64,000 nucleotides of DNA from Promethearchaeia archaeon (GTDB lineage Archaea > Asgardarchaeota > Lokiarchaeia > Sigyniarchaeales > SOKP01), in NCBI GenBank assembly GCA_029856145.1, contig JAHQWK010000020.1, forward strand, positions 64,001-128,000. Direction: 5' to 3'. Of the stretch, positions 10,362-20,201 are shown piece after piece; within the stretch, counting starts at the first letter, position 1, and each line of letters starts with the position of its first letter. A program made the position numbers and the translations under genes. The notes under the pieces were generated by a model. The model was not told where the DNA came from. It searched no databases and saw only the letters and a list, made by a program, of their open reading frames with translations.

Positions 10362-11363
10362 TTATTTAACATTGACACTAAAATCTTGAAAATCTTCAAC
10401 TTGAGACAGAGTTAATTTATTCCCAGTTGATAGGAACATTAATGCTAGAAACATACGGACAAAAGAAAATATCCGCCCAATACCACTTTTCTCTTCATTT
10501 TTAATAATATCTGCCAATTCGTAAAATGTAGGTTCTTTATTATTTAGATTAATCGTAGCCTTAATTCGATTGTACCATGATTCATGCAGTTCTTCTACTG
10601 TTTGTTCTCTTCCGCTTATATGTTTAAGAAGTTCTTTAGGGAGTTGTGCTTTAGATTTCATTTGAATCCTTTGTTGTTTTATTTCTTCTTTTCTCATTCG
10701 TCTTCTTCTTAGTTTTTCTTTATTCTGCATAACTTCTATAATAGCAGATCTCATAGCATCAAATAATTCATCTTTTGTGGCTATTTGCATTTTAGGTTGA
10801 ATTGGTTGAGGTAATGCTTTTGGAATGGTCCTACCATGTGCTTGCCTGAATCTCTCCAACTCTTCTCTTTTTTGAATTTGTTCCTCTTCTCTAATTATAC
10901 TTGAAATTTTATAATGATGTAAAACTGCAGAAGTTTTAAGCGCAATTCCCGAAATTTTATAATTTATCAAGTCTTCGTGGAGCATTTTATCGAAAAATTC
11001 ATCAACTAATTTTGCTAAATCATAAAACGCAATTTCTGATTCTTTTGCTATTTCCGAATCTAATAGACTCGAAAATGGTGGTTTTTGCCAGAATTTTAAT
11101 TCAAGCTTTTCTTTCCTCAATAAAGCAAGATCTTCCTCATCATCAAATCCAGCAACTAGTTCTTCTTCTACTTCTTCAATTTCTTGAGATCTATCTGTAA
11201 ATTCAGGATGGGATACGACCTCTTGAAGTAAATCAATTATTTCTTTTTTCTTAGATTTAGAAGGTATTTTTATATTATTTTTCGAGGCAAATTCCTTGAG
11301 TTGTTTAACAGTCCAATCATTAAAATTATATTTTTTAGTAGAATTTTGTTCATTTTCTGATAT
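10362..11363 (-). CDS. scpA: kleisin ScpA with N-terminal SAP/Rho-N-like extension (probable ATA start at 11363; track ORF starts at internal TTG 11120)
   Basis: Kleisin N motif YDLAKLVDEF...YKISGIALKTSAVLHHYK and C motif FVRMFLALMFL...LSQVEDFQD; frame open 81 codons upstream of 11120 to an ATA with GGTGA 6 nt upstream and an in-frame TGA beyond. Confidence 0.85.
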   Translation of the reverse strand: MSENEQNSTKKYNFNDWTVKQLKEFASKNNIKIPSKSKKKEIIDLLQEVVSHPEFTDRSQEIEEVEEELVAGFDDEEDLALLRKEKLELKFWQKPPFSSLLDSEIAKESEIAFYDLAKLVDEFFDKMLHEDLINYKISGIALKTSAVLHHYKISSIIREEEQIQKREELERFRQAHGRTIPKALPQPIQPKMQIATKDELFDAMRSAIIEVMQNKEKLRRRRMRKEEIKQQRIQMKSKAQLPKELLKHISGREQTVEELHESWYNRIKATINLNNKEPTFYELADIIKNEEKSGIGRIFSFVRMFLALMFLSTGNKLTLSQVEDFQDFSVNVK

Positions 11364-11390
11364 ACAATATCACCATTTTATATAATTTAA

Positions 11391-14300
11391 TTATTCTGTA
11401 ATCGTTGGTTCGACATCTTCCAGTTCAAGAAGTCTCTTGGCTTCCTCTTCTAAATCAACACTAAAAATATCTGTTATTCCACTTTGTTGCATTGATACGC
11501 CGTATATTCTATCTGAATTCACAATATTTTCTTCTCTGTGAGATATAACCATAAATTGAGCCTGCGAAGCGAATTCTTTTATGACCATTGAAACACGGTG
11601 AACGTTTGGACCATCGAGCGCAGCATCAATCTCATCCATTACGTAAAATGGAGCAGGATAAAATTCTTGAACTGCAAAAATGAAAGATAATGCTACAAGC
11701 GTTTTTTCCCCACCACTTAAAATTTCTAGTGAACTAATTTTCTTACCTCTTGGTCTTGCTTCGATAGAAATACCCCCTTCAAAAGGTTTATCTGGCCTAT
11801 CTAAGATCATTTTTGCAGAACCCCCTGGAGATAATTTCTGAAAAATCCTTGAAAATTCCCGATTAATTTCATGATAAGCTTTCATGAAAGTGCGAGTTTT
11901 TTCTAACTCAATTTTATCAATCGCATCAAGAATTGACTTTCTTTCTCTTTGAATTGTCTGTCGCCTCATATCTATTTCATCAAATCTTTCTTTGACTGTG
12001 TCATATTGTTGAATTGCCTTCAAATTCACGGGTTCAAGAGTTTTTTTCTTTTTTGTTAATTCCACGATATCCGACTGTAGTTCTGCTTCAATAAGATCAT
12101 CAGTTACTGGCGGCAATGAACCGTATTCTTTAGAACGCTGAAATAAGGTTTCTATTTGGTCAGTACACATTATCTTTTTGGACTCATAATTATTTATTTT
12201 AGAATTTTCCATAGAAAGATCTGATTTTAAATCTGTTATAACTTTCTGATATTGCTTTTGCTTTTTCCATGATTCATCTTTTTCTTGTATATACTTGTCA
12301 ATCTCTTTTTGTTTTTCATCTTTCTTCGCATTTTCATTAGCTAAATCTTCTTTCAATATTTCTAAGTCTTTTGTTATTGATTCAACTTGTTCTTCAGTAT
12401 CCTTTATATCTTGACCCAATCCTATTATCTTTTGTTCTCTCTCTTTATTTTTATTTAATTCATTTAATTTCCCTTGAGATCTTTGTAAATCTTTATTTAA
12501 TTTATTTAATTTTTTCTGAGCTGCTTTTTGAGATTCTAACTCTTGAGATTTTTCATCTCTTAAAGTATTTATAACCTGTTGCTTTTGATCTACATTTTTT
12601 TGAATTTCTTCAACTTGGGAATTTAATCCTTGCATATCATCTTGACAAGTCTTAATTCTATTATTAGCATCTACGTTCTCTTTTTTAATATCTTCAATAG
12701 TGGTGATAATCCTCATCACATTTTGAAGTGCTCTTAGACGGTCCATTGTATCTTCAAGGATTTTGTTTTCAGCATCTATCTGTTTTCGCAAATTCTCGGT
12801 TATTTCCCAGAAATTTTCTTTTCGAATAAGAAGCTCATCAATATTCTTTTGTAGTGAATTTTGTTCAACTTGAATATTTTTTATGTTTTCTTCTGTTTTG
12901 ACTATTATGTTTTTCTTTTCTTCAATAAGAAAATTCAATTTTTCTACATTACCATCAATCTCTACGATATTATCAAATAAATTCGTAATTCCGTGTAATT
13001 CTTGTAACTTTTCTCTTAAATTTTCTAATTCCTTTTGCTTTTTATCAATATCATCTTGAATTTTAGATATATTATCCCAATAGGTATCCTTAAGTTCTTT
13101 CAATTTAATTATCTCAGAATCCAAGTTATTGACTTCTAATTGTCTATTATCGATAATTTCCTTTCTTTCATTTATTTCTTCTTCTGCTTTTTTAATTCTT
13201 TCATTTAATTCAGATTTTCTTTTACCAATTTCTTCAAGTCTTTTATTATAAGATGAAAGGTTTTCAGAAAAATGCTTTACTTGGATTCTAGCCTCAGTTA
13301 ATTGTTGCTCATTTTTATTAAAATCATCTGTTTGAGATTTAATGCTTGCTGAGATCTCTTCCAATTGTTTATATAATTCTTGGCTTTTAGACATAGTTAA
13401 TTTTCTTAAAGAGAGATATACATTTTCAAGAATTTCCATTAGGTCTTGAACAAAATTATCAAATCTAATCGTCGAAGATTGGACTTCAACATCAGCGGAT
13501 TCTTTTACTTTTTCGATTAATTGACTAATTGTATCATCAGCATTATCTGTAAATAACTTTAAAGTTTGCATAATAGAACTAAACATATTTGTCATTTCAG
13601 TAGGTTTTTCTGTATCGGCACCAATGTCCTCAACTGATTTCATAATATCAATTATATCTAGAATAAATTTTTTGAAATCTTCTGCAGAGGTTTCAATTGC
13701 TTCTGCATTTGATTGTTGTATATTACTTTTAATAGATTCTACTGAAATGTTAATATTCTGGGTAAGCATGTTTAAAATTTGAAGAATTCCGGTAATATCT
13801 TTTGTATTTTTATCATATTCTTCTTCAGAAACTTCAATTTTCTTAAGGAGATTTTCTCGTTCTTGTGAAAGATCTTGTAACCGTCTTTGAATATTTTCTT
13901 TTCTGGATTCAGATTTTTCTGATTCACTTGTGACTTTTGAAAGAGTTTTACTTAAGGAATCAATTTGTAGTTCTAATTTATTCTTTTCTCGATCTAATTT
14001 TGTTAATTCTTTTGTAAGGATTTTTAATTCTGTATTGATATTATCAATCTTTGCATTGTTATCATTGATTTCAGATTCAAATGAATAATTCTTCATTTTC
14101 ATTAATTCTAAGTCTTGTTCATTTTTCCTATAGATTGAGTTTTCTTGCTTTAATTTCACTTTTAGATCGTTTAAATCTTTGTTAATATCCTCATTTTCTT
14201 TCAATAATTCTTTTACAGCTTTTTCAGCATCTCTACCTTCACTTAAATCAGTAATTTTCTTCTCGATAGAAATTTTCTTTTCATTTAATTGTTGGATATT

Positions 14301-15842
14301 CGCTTGATTCATTTTAATTTCAGTATTTAATGATGATAAAGAAGCTTGAAAATCTGTCAATTTTGAATTTAATTGATTTTTTACTGCTTGAATACTATTT
14401 ATATTGTTTTCTAAATCTTTTTGACTTTGATTTTCTTTAGATATTTTGGCATTTAAGTCATTAATTCGTTTTCTAATTTCTGATTCTGTCTTTTTTGTTG
14501 CTTCAATGGCTTCATCAATACTTTCGGTATCTTTTTTCAATTTTTCTAGCTCAGTTTCTAATTTTTGCTTCTTTTCCTCATTCTTTTTTATAGTTCCTCT
14601 GAGCATCTTAATTTGAGCGTTATTAGATGAAATATTTTGTTGTATTTTGGAGATTTCTGCTTTAAAAAGAGATTTTTCATCATCAGTATTTTTTATTTGA
14701 AGATCCAAATCAGCTTGGTTTTGCTGTCTTTTTTCAATTTCTTTTTTGGCCTCTTCTATATGATTCTCATAATCTAAAATTTCATTTGAAACACTTTCTA
14801 TTAATGAATCAAAAGTTTGTCCCTCTTCAAGCTTCATTTGTTTACTTTCTAAAGTTCCAATTTCATTAACTAATTTTTCGATTGATTTTTGAGCTAAATT
14901 TAGTGTAGTTTGACTTGATGAAATTTGTGTCTTTACTTGGGTAATATTTTCAGTAATTTGCTCTCTCTCTTTTTCTTTCTCGGTAATTGTTTTTTGAATA
15001 TTATCCATAACAAGTGATTCTTGTTTTAAGATATCTTCTTGTCTATTGATTTTTTCTTGTAATTCTTCAATGATTTTTAAAGAATTTTCGATTTTTCTTT
15101 CTAAATCATCTTCCTCTTGCCGTAACTTTGAAATTTTTAAAGCAATCAACTGAGAATTTAAAAAATTTATTTGATCATCTAATTCCTTCCAAGCTAAAGC
15201 ATCGTTTTTCTCCTTTTCCACTTTTTTCAACTGAGAAGAAACTTCTTTAAAGATCGCTTCAAATTGTCCTAAATCTCTTTCTGCTTTTTCCAATTCTTTT
15301 AACGTAGCATCTTTCATTTCATCATATTTTTGAAGTCCGATTAATTCTTCAATAAATCTTCTACGATCTTCTGCATTCATATGAGTTAATTCCACAATTT
15401 TTCCTTGAAGGACAAATTGATTACTTCCATCTGGATCGATATTAGCCGCTGCTAACGCATTAAGAATTTGTTGGCGAGTAGTTTTTTTTCCATTCATTTT
15501 ATAGCCACCACCACCACCTCTCTTGATAGTTCGAGTAATTTCAAAATCAATGGTGCCTCCTGGAAAAGCATTTTCAGAATTATCGAAATATAGTGTGACA
15601 GAAGCTCTTTGAGAGGGATTTTTTCCTCTTGAACCCGCGAAGATGAGATCTTCAAGACTTTTTGCTCTCATAGTTTTCTTACTTAACCTACCTAACGCGA
15701 AACAAAGAGCATCTATAATATTAGACTTACCTGCCCCATTTGGTCCAACGATGCACGTAAATCCACTAGAAAGTCGAATTGTAACAGTTCTATCTCCAAA
15801 ACTTTTAAAACCACTCATTGAAATTTTTTTAATATAAGTCAA
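11391..15842 (-). CDS. smc: SMC chromosome segregation ATPase, extra-long, non-canonical central domain
   Basis: GFKSF, Walker A GPNGAGKSN, Q-loop VLQGKI, PVNLKAI, signature LSGGEKT, Walker B/D-loop MDEIDAALD, ISHR; long coiled coils. Confidence 0.95.
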   Translation of the reverse strand: MTYIKKISMSGFKSFGDRTVTIRLSSGFTCIVGPNGAGKSNIIDALCFALGRLSKKTMRAKSLEDLIFAGSRGKNPSQRASVTLYFDNSENAFPGGTIDFEITRTIKRGGGGGYKMNGKKTTRQQILNALAAANIDPDGSNQFVLQGKIVELTHMNAEDRRRFIEELIGLQKYDEMKDATLKELEKAERDLGQFEAIFKEVSSQLKKVEKEKNDALAWKELDDQINFLNSQLIALKISKLRQEEDDLERKIENSLKIIEELQEKINRQEDILKQESLVMDNIQKTITEKEKEREQITENITQVKTQISSSQTTLNLAQKSIEKLVNEIGTLESKQMKLEEGQTFDSLIESVSNEILDYENHIEEAKKEIEKRQQNQADLDLQIKNTDDEKSLFKAEISKIQQNISSNNAQIKMLRGTIKKNEEKKQKLETELEKLKKDTESIDEAIEATKKTESEIRKRINDLNAKISKENQSQKDLENNINSIQAVKNQLNSKLTDFQASLSSLNTEIKMNQANIQQLNEKKISIEKKITDLSEGRDAEKAVKELLKENEDINKDLNDLKVKLKQENSIYRKNEQDLELMKMKNYSFESEINDNNAKIDNINTELKILTKELTKLDREKNKLELQIDSLSKTLSKVTSESEKSESRKENIQRRLQDLSQERENLLKKIEVSEEEYDKNTKDITGILQILNMLTQNINISVESIKSNIQQSNAEAIETSAEDFKKFILDIIDIMKSVEDIGADTEKPTEMTNMFSSIMQTLKLFTDNADDTISQLIEKVKESADVEVQSSTIRFDNFVQDLMEILENVYLSLRKLTMSKSQELYKQLEEISASIKSQTDDFNKNEQQLTEARIQVKHFSENLSSYNKRLEEIGKRKSELNERIKKAEEEINERKEIIDNRQLEVNNLDSEIIKLKELKDTYWDNISKIQDDIDKKQKELENLREKLQELHGITNLFDNIVEIDGNVEKLNFLIEEKKNIIVKTEENIKNIQVEQNSLQKNIDELLIRKENFWEITENLRKQIDAENKILEDTMDRLRALQNVMRIITTIEDIKKENVDANNRIKTCQDDMQGLNSQVEEIQKNVDQKQQVINTLRDEKSQELESQKAAQKKLNKLNKDLQRSQGKLNELNKNKEREQKIIGLGQDIKDTEEQVESITKDLEILKEDLANENAKKDEKQKEIDKYIQEKDESWKKQKQYQKVITDLKSDLSMENSKINNYESKKIMCTDQIETLFQRSKEYGSLPPVTDDLIEAELQSDIVELTKKKKTLEPVNLKAIQQYDTVKERFDEIDMRRQTIQRERKSILDAIDKIELEKTRTFMKAYHEINREFSRIFQKLSPGGSAKMILDRPDKPFEGGISIEARPRGKKISSLEILSGGEKTLVALSFIFAVQEFYPAPFYVMDEIDAALDGPNVHRVSMVIKEFASQAQFMVISHREENIVNSDRIYGVSMQQSGITDIFSVDLEEEAKRLLELEDVEPTITE

Positions 15843-16018
15843 AATTTATCTCCATTTCTACTCTTCATTATTAAAAAAATAGTGTGATTACACCTATAAA
15901 TATTATAATATACGATATAAAAAAAAACTAATTTTCGTTTTCCAGTTTTAAAAATGATACCCAGTTAATTTTTTCTACTCAAACTAAAAATTATCAGATT
16001 TTACATTAAATATTTTTA

Positions 16019-17209
16019 TTACTGATTAAAAATCGTATCAATTATAACCTTTATTTGTTTGGGGTTTATTATTGTAAAGAAAAAATCACAATTTATATTG
16101 TTAAAACCTTTATAAGCATTGTTTTTATAATTAGTTCTTTTTGAGGGTTTAATAATCCCCATATTTAACATCTCTTCAATTAGACTATAAAACTCATTAT
16201 TATTTTTTATACATTCTAAAGATTCACAAGAAAGTTCATAGCATTCCATTAATTCATTAAAGGAAATGTAATAATTCATTTTGCTTACAAAAAAATTCGA
16301 AAGATTATCTAAGAATACAACAGTTAATATATCCTCTTCCGAAAGATAATTTATTATGCTAAATTCATCAGAGATTTGAAATGTATCAAATTCATTCTGG
16401 CAAATTTCTAATAACTCAAAATTACAAGCCCCTTTATTATTTTTTATTGTTGGATATATATCTCGAAGAATTTCAATTCCTTTTCCGGGAACAGGGACAT
16501 ATTCTTCACAAATTAAATCTGTTATATATCTAATTAAGTCTTTATCAATTTCATGTGAAAAACTTAATAGAACTCTTTGTTTAAGAATAGAATAAAGCTC
16601 ATGATATGAGAAAAAGTCTAATTTATGTTTAAAATCAAATTCAGAAAGTAAATCCATTGTACCTGGTTTTAAAAATTTATTTACTGTAGAAATTAAAGTA
16701 ATATTTGTTTCTTTACTAAATTGTAAGAATTTATGAAATATTTCAGGCTCTAAATATTCAATATTATTAAAAATAAAGAACAAATGAGAATCAGTTTTAT
16801 TACAAATAAATTTAAAAGTATTCCATAAGTGGGCAATGTTTGAATTTAAGATGGTTCGATAATCGAAGTTAAAATTAGAAAAGCTTGTTAATTCATTTAA
16901 TAGTGAAAAAATTAATTCTTCAATTTCTTTTTCTTTGCAATCTACACAAACTTTATTAATTTTAAAACAATCTTTGTTTTGCATTAAAAGATCGTTTATT
17001 ACTTTATTTACTATTACTTTTTTCCCAATCCCATTCATTCCGTGATAAAGAACGTTAAGGCAAAACTCGTCAGAAATCGAATCATTTAAAATCGAAAGTA
17101 AAGAATTTTCTTCTTTTTTTCTGTATAATAAGCGTGGTGGGATATAATTTGGGTCAAAGAGAGCTTTGGGGCCTATATAATTTTTATTTACATTGGATTT
17201 TATTATCAA
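16019..17209 (-). CDS. Cdc6/Orc1-like AAA+ protein with degenerate ATPase motifs
   Basis: N-terminal LFDPNYIPPRLLYRKKE typical of Cdc6; Walker A-like GMNGIGKK; Walker B position FIFNNIE; FSYHELYSILKQRV lid motif; C-terminal winged-helix-like region. Confidence 0.75.
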   Translation of the reverse strand: MIIKSNVNKNYIGPKALFDPNYIPPRLLYRKKEENSLLSILNDSISDEFCLNVLYHGMNGIGKKVIVNKVINDLLMQNKDCFKINKVCVDCKEKEIEELIFSLLNELTSFSNFNFDYRTILNSNIAHLWNTFKFICNKTDSHLFFIFNNIEYLEPEIFHKFLQFSKETNITLISTVNKFLKPGTMDLLSEFDFKHKLDFFSYHELYSILKQRVLLSFSHEIDKDLIRYITDLICEEYVPVPGKGIEILRDIYPTIKNNKGACNFELLEICQNEFDTFQISDEFSIINYLSEEDILTVVFLDNLSNFFVSKMNYYISFNELMECYELSCESLECIKNNNEFYSLIEEMLNMGIIKPSKRTNYKNNAYKGFNNINCDFFFTIINPKQIKVIIDTIFNQ

Positions 17210-17426
17210 TTTTTTAGCCTTTGTTTAAAATGATTTTAGACATATGTATTTAAACCCCACCCCCAGAGGGGTGATTAAAAGTAAAATTAAAAAGTTAATT
17301 CTTGAATTTCTGATGGAGAATTGATATTTCTCACTCTTTCAAGAACTTTTCTGAAATTTGGCATAAAAAATTACTCTAAATTGAAAATCAGAGTTCTAGA
17401 AGAGAATTTCAGATTAAATTTTTTAA

Positions 17427-18383
17427 CTAATCAAAACTTTCTAATAAATTTTTTAAATTTTCTGCTAACAATGGTAAATATTCATAGGATTTAATTTTTA
17501 CTTTCTTATTTAAACAAAGCGCGACCAAATATAGTCTTGCATCTCCTATATCTAATTTTCTTAGAAAAATAATTCCTTCTTTTTGAAATTCTGAATGTTT
17601 CTCTGGAAATTCTACATTTGTTACAATATCAATTGTATTTATATCCCATTCTTCTAGTTTTTCTAATGCTTGAGTTAGCCTCGGAGCTATAGACTCGCAA
17701 ATTTCCTGATAAGCTTGATTTGTGCTTCTGCTAGCAATTATAAAACAATTCTGATCCAATAGCAGCGTAGAGCTATTATAAGTCTTGCCCATATAATCTT
17801 TCAGTAAGGTTTGAAACATTTCAGATTTGTGAGTAGCATAAAAAGCACCATCAGAGAAAGCCTTCAATAAACTTGGTTCATCATATATTGAAGTTTTTAA
17901 GATAGAAAATTTAACATCTTTAATAATAGATGAAATTTCATGATCTAAAGATTTGATGTTATTAACAATATTTTTATTATTTTTAATATCCGGATCACAT
18001 TTATGTAGTAAGATCAAGAGTTGAAAATTATCAGGGTGTGATTCTGAGGTAATATTTATTATATCTTTAAGAAAAACTAAGGCTTCTTCAAATTTTTTAG
18101 GTGCTTGGATATCTATAACATAAAAAATTGATTGCATTTCCGTAAAATACTTACTTTTTTCACCTATATATATTTTTCTATAACTCTTTTGACCACCTAA
18201 ATCCCAACGGACTATTGTAGTACCTAATAATGAGTTTGTATGAAGAGTTCTTTTTGCCTTTATAGTTGGTTTAACTGTAGTTAGTAAACTAAATTTCTTA
18301 TCTAATATTAATAAAATTGATGTCTTTCCACCACTTTCTAAACCACAGAAAAGTATTTTTTTATACTCTTTTGATTCGCTCAT
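17427..18383 (-). CDS. small GTPase (Rag/Arf-like, Asgard type) with C-terminal roadblock/longin-like extension
   Basis: G1 GLESGGKTS, G2 PT, G3 WDLGGQ, G4 HKCD, G5 TSI; about 135-aa extra C-terminal domain (STLLLDQNCFIIAS). Confidence 0.85.
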   Translation of the reverse strand: MSESKEYKKILFCGLESGGKTSILLILDKKFSLLTTVKPTIKAKRTLHTNSLLGTTIVRWDLGGQKSYRKIYIGEKSKYFTEMQSIFYVIDIQAPKKFEEALVFLKDIINITSESHPDNFQLLILLHKCDPDIKNNKNIVNNIKSLDHEISSIIKDVKFSILKTSIYDEPSLLKAFSDGAFYATHKSEMFQTLLKDYMGKTYNSSTLLLDQNCFIIASRSTNQAYQEICESIAPRLTQALEKLEEWDINTIDIVTNVEFPEKHSEFQKEGIIFLRKLDIGDARLYLVALCLNKKVKIKSYEYLPLLAENLKNLLESFD

Positions 18384-18411
18384 ATCTTTTATAGGATAAT
18401 ATTGAATTTAT

Positions 18412-19230
18412 TTATGCTTTAACTATTTTAATTTTTATTTTTATTTTATCAATTTTTTCTTTAAGTCGAATTTCTCTTAGTTTTCTTGGAAAATTTAAAT
18501 CTAGCTCATCAAAAATAAAACCACTTGAACCCTTTGGTCCTTCTATAATTTTTAATTTAGATGGAGATATATTTCCTTTATAAAAAGAAATAATTTTACT
18601 ATTACCAAGAAATTTTCTTTTTAGATAATGACCAAAAGTATTACAAGCAACAATAGGGATTCGATTTTCAAGAGCACGCGCTTGTAAATAAACATGCCAA
18701 TTTTCCATTCCATCCTCCCTTATTTGAGTTGGAGAAAATAAAAGATCAGCACCATTTTCGACAGCCAATCGAGGAGTTTCAAAAAAAGCCATATCAAAAC
18801 AAATAAGAATTGTGAAACAATAGGAGCTATTAATTTTAAACACCTGTAATTCTTTACCTGGTTCAAAGTGTTCACGTTCATAAGCGTATAAGTGAATTTT
18901 ATCCTGCCTTCCAATTTCCTCACCATTTTCATCAAAAAAATAGGATGTTATTGCAGGTTTTTTTGAACTAGTTCTTTTCTCCCAAATTGCTCCTGATATA
19001 AATTTTACATTGTATTCTTTAGCTAAATTTTTTATAAAAGAATAATCATTACCTCTTTGTTGTTGGAAATTCTGAGTTGGATCTCTAAGAAAAGGAACCC
19101 ATCTTTCCGGGAGGCAAATTATATCGCAATTTTTGTGCGTTTCCAATAATTCTTTTAGAATATTTTCTATTTCATTATAACATTTTGTTCTTTTTTCAAA
19201 TAATTCAGGTTGAATACAGGCTACTCTCAT
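18412..19230 (-). CDS. carbon-nitrogen hydrolase (nitrilase/amidase family)
   Basis: CLPE, DKIHL, ICFDMAFFE, ARALEN: E-K-C triad. Confidence 0.9.
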   Translation of the reverse strand: MRVACIQPELFEKRTKCYNEIENILKELLETHKNCDIICLPERWVPFLRDPTQNFQQQRGNDYSFIKNLAKEYNVKFISGAIWEKRTSSKKPAITSYFFDENGEEIGRQDKIHLYAYEREHFEPGKELQVFKINSSYCFTILICFDMAFFETPRLAVENGADLLFSPTQIREDGMENWHVYLQARALENRIPIVACNTFGHYLKRKFLGNSKIISFYKGNISPSKLKIIEGPKGSSGFIFDELDLNFPRKLREIRLKEKIDKIKIKIKIVKA

Positions 19231-19238
19231 TTTTAAAA

Positions 19239-19994
19239 TTACTGAGTGTTTTCTTTATTGCTAATCTCTTCTATTATATCAAATAATTCATTTAAATTAG
19301 AGATCTCATAATTAGGCTTTATATCTCCTTGATCATTAAAATCTGCATTATAAGTGTCATATTTACCTCCACGATGAAGATAAACGCTATAAATATTGTT
19401 TAAATTAGCTGGAATTATATCTTTATCAATACGGTCTCCTACATATATTGTTTCTTGACCAATAACTCCAAATTTTTTTAAACAGTAATTGAATAGTTCT
19501 GGATTAGGTTTTTTAATACCAATTTCATCTGAAATAACTACTAAATCAATTAATTTATCAACATTAAGTCTTAAAATCTTTTCATATTGCTTTATAGGGA
19601 TTCCATCAGTTATAATGGCTGTTTTTATTGATAATTCTTTTAATTTATTTAAACTTTCTTCTACATCATCATAAAGCGTTATTGAATTAACCTTTTCTGC
19701 GTGGTATGCCATTACTGCTGCTGCTATAAATTTAAAACCATCGTTATAAGAGATATATTCTATGTTATCCTCCATTTGATTCAATCTTCTAATGAAGTAA
19801 TTATAATGTTTTGACGAATTTGAACCATATTCTTTCACAATTTCCTTTAATATCCGAACTGCTTTCTTTTTATCTATATTTAGCCCCAAATTAATCATTG
19901 CATCGAGACCTTTAATTCTTGCTCTTTCAGATAACACGGTTGAATCAAAAAGACAATCATCCAAGTCAAACCCAATTAATTTTATAGGACTCAT
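19239..19994 (-). CDS. HAD-superfamily hydrolase (archaeal subfamily IA)
   Basis: FDLDDCL, ITDG, KKPNP, YVGDRIDKD. Confidence 0.9.
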   Translation of the reverse strand: MSPIKLIGFDLDDCLFDSTVLSERARIKGLDAMINLGLNIDKKKAVRILKEIVKEYGSNSSKHYNYFIRRLNQMEDNIEYISYNDGFKFIAAAVMAYHAEKVNSITLYDDVEESLNKLKELSIKTAIITDGIPIKQYEKILRLNVDKLIDLVVISDEIGIKKPNPELFNYCLKKFGVIGQETIYVGDRIDKDIIPANLNNIYSVYLHRGGKYDTYNADFNDQGDIKPNYEISNLNELFDIIEEISNKENTQ

Positions 19995-20201
19995 TGTTAG
20001 ATTCTGATTTTATCTAAAATTCATTGAAAATATTTATGTTGATTGCTAATATTAATTATTCTAGGATATTAGATATTAAGTTAAGATAAATTTATTTATC
20101 TTTAATAATATATAATCTTCAATATTAATTTATTCTAGGTTATACAGAAAAAAAAGCTGTTCTTGCAATTTAATAATTAAATCTTAATGGAGATTCATTA
20201 A

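Noticed and set aside
11391-15842. Rad50, or Wadjet/MksB defence SMC
   Set aside because: No zinc hook, no mre11 or jetD; head motifs and scpA/scpB are housekeeping type
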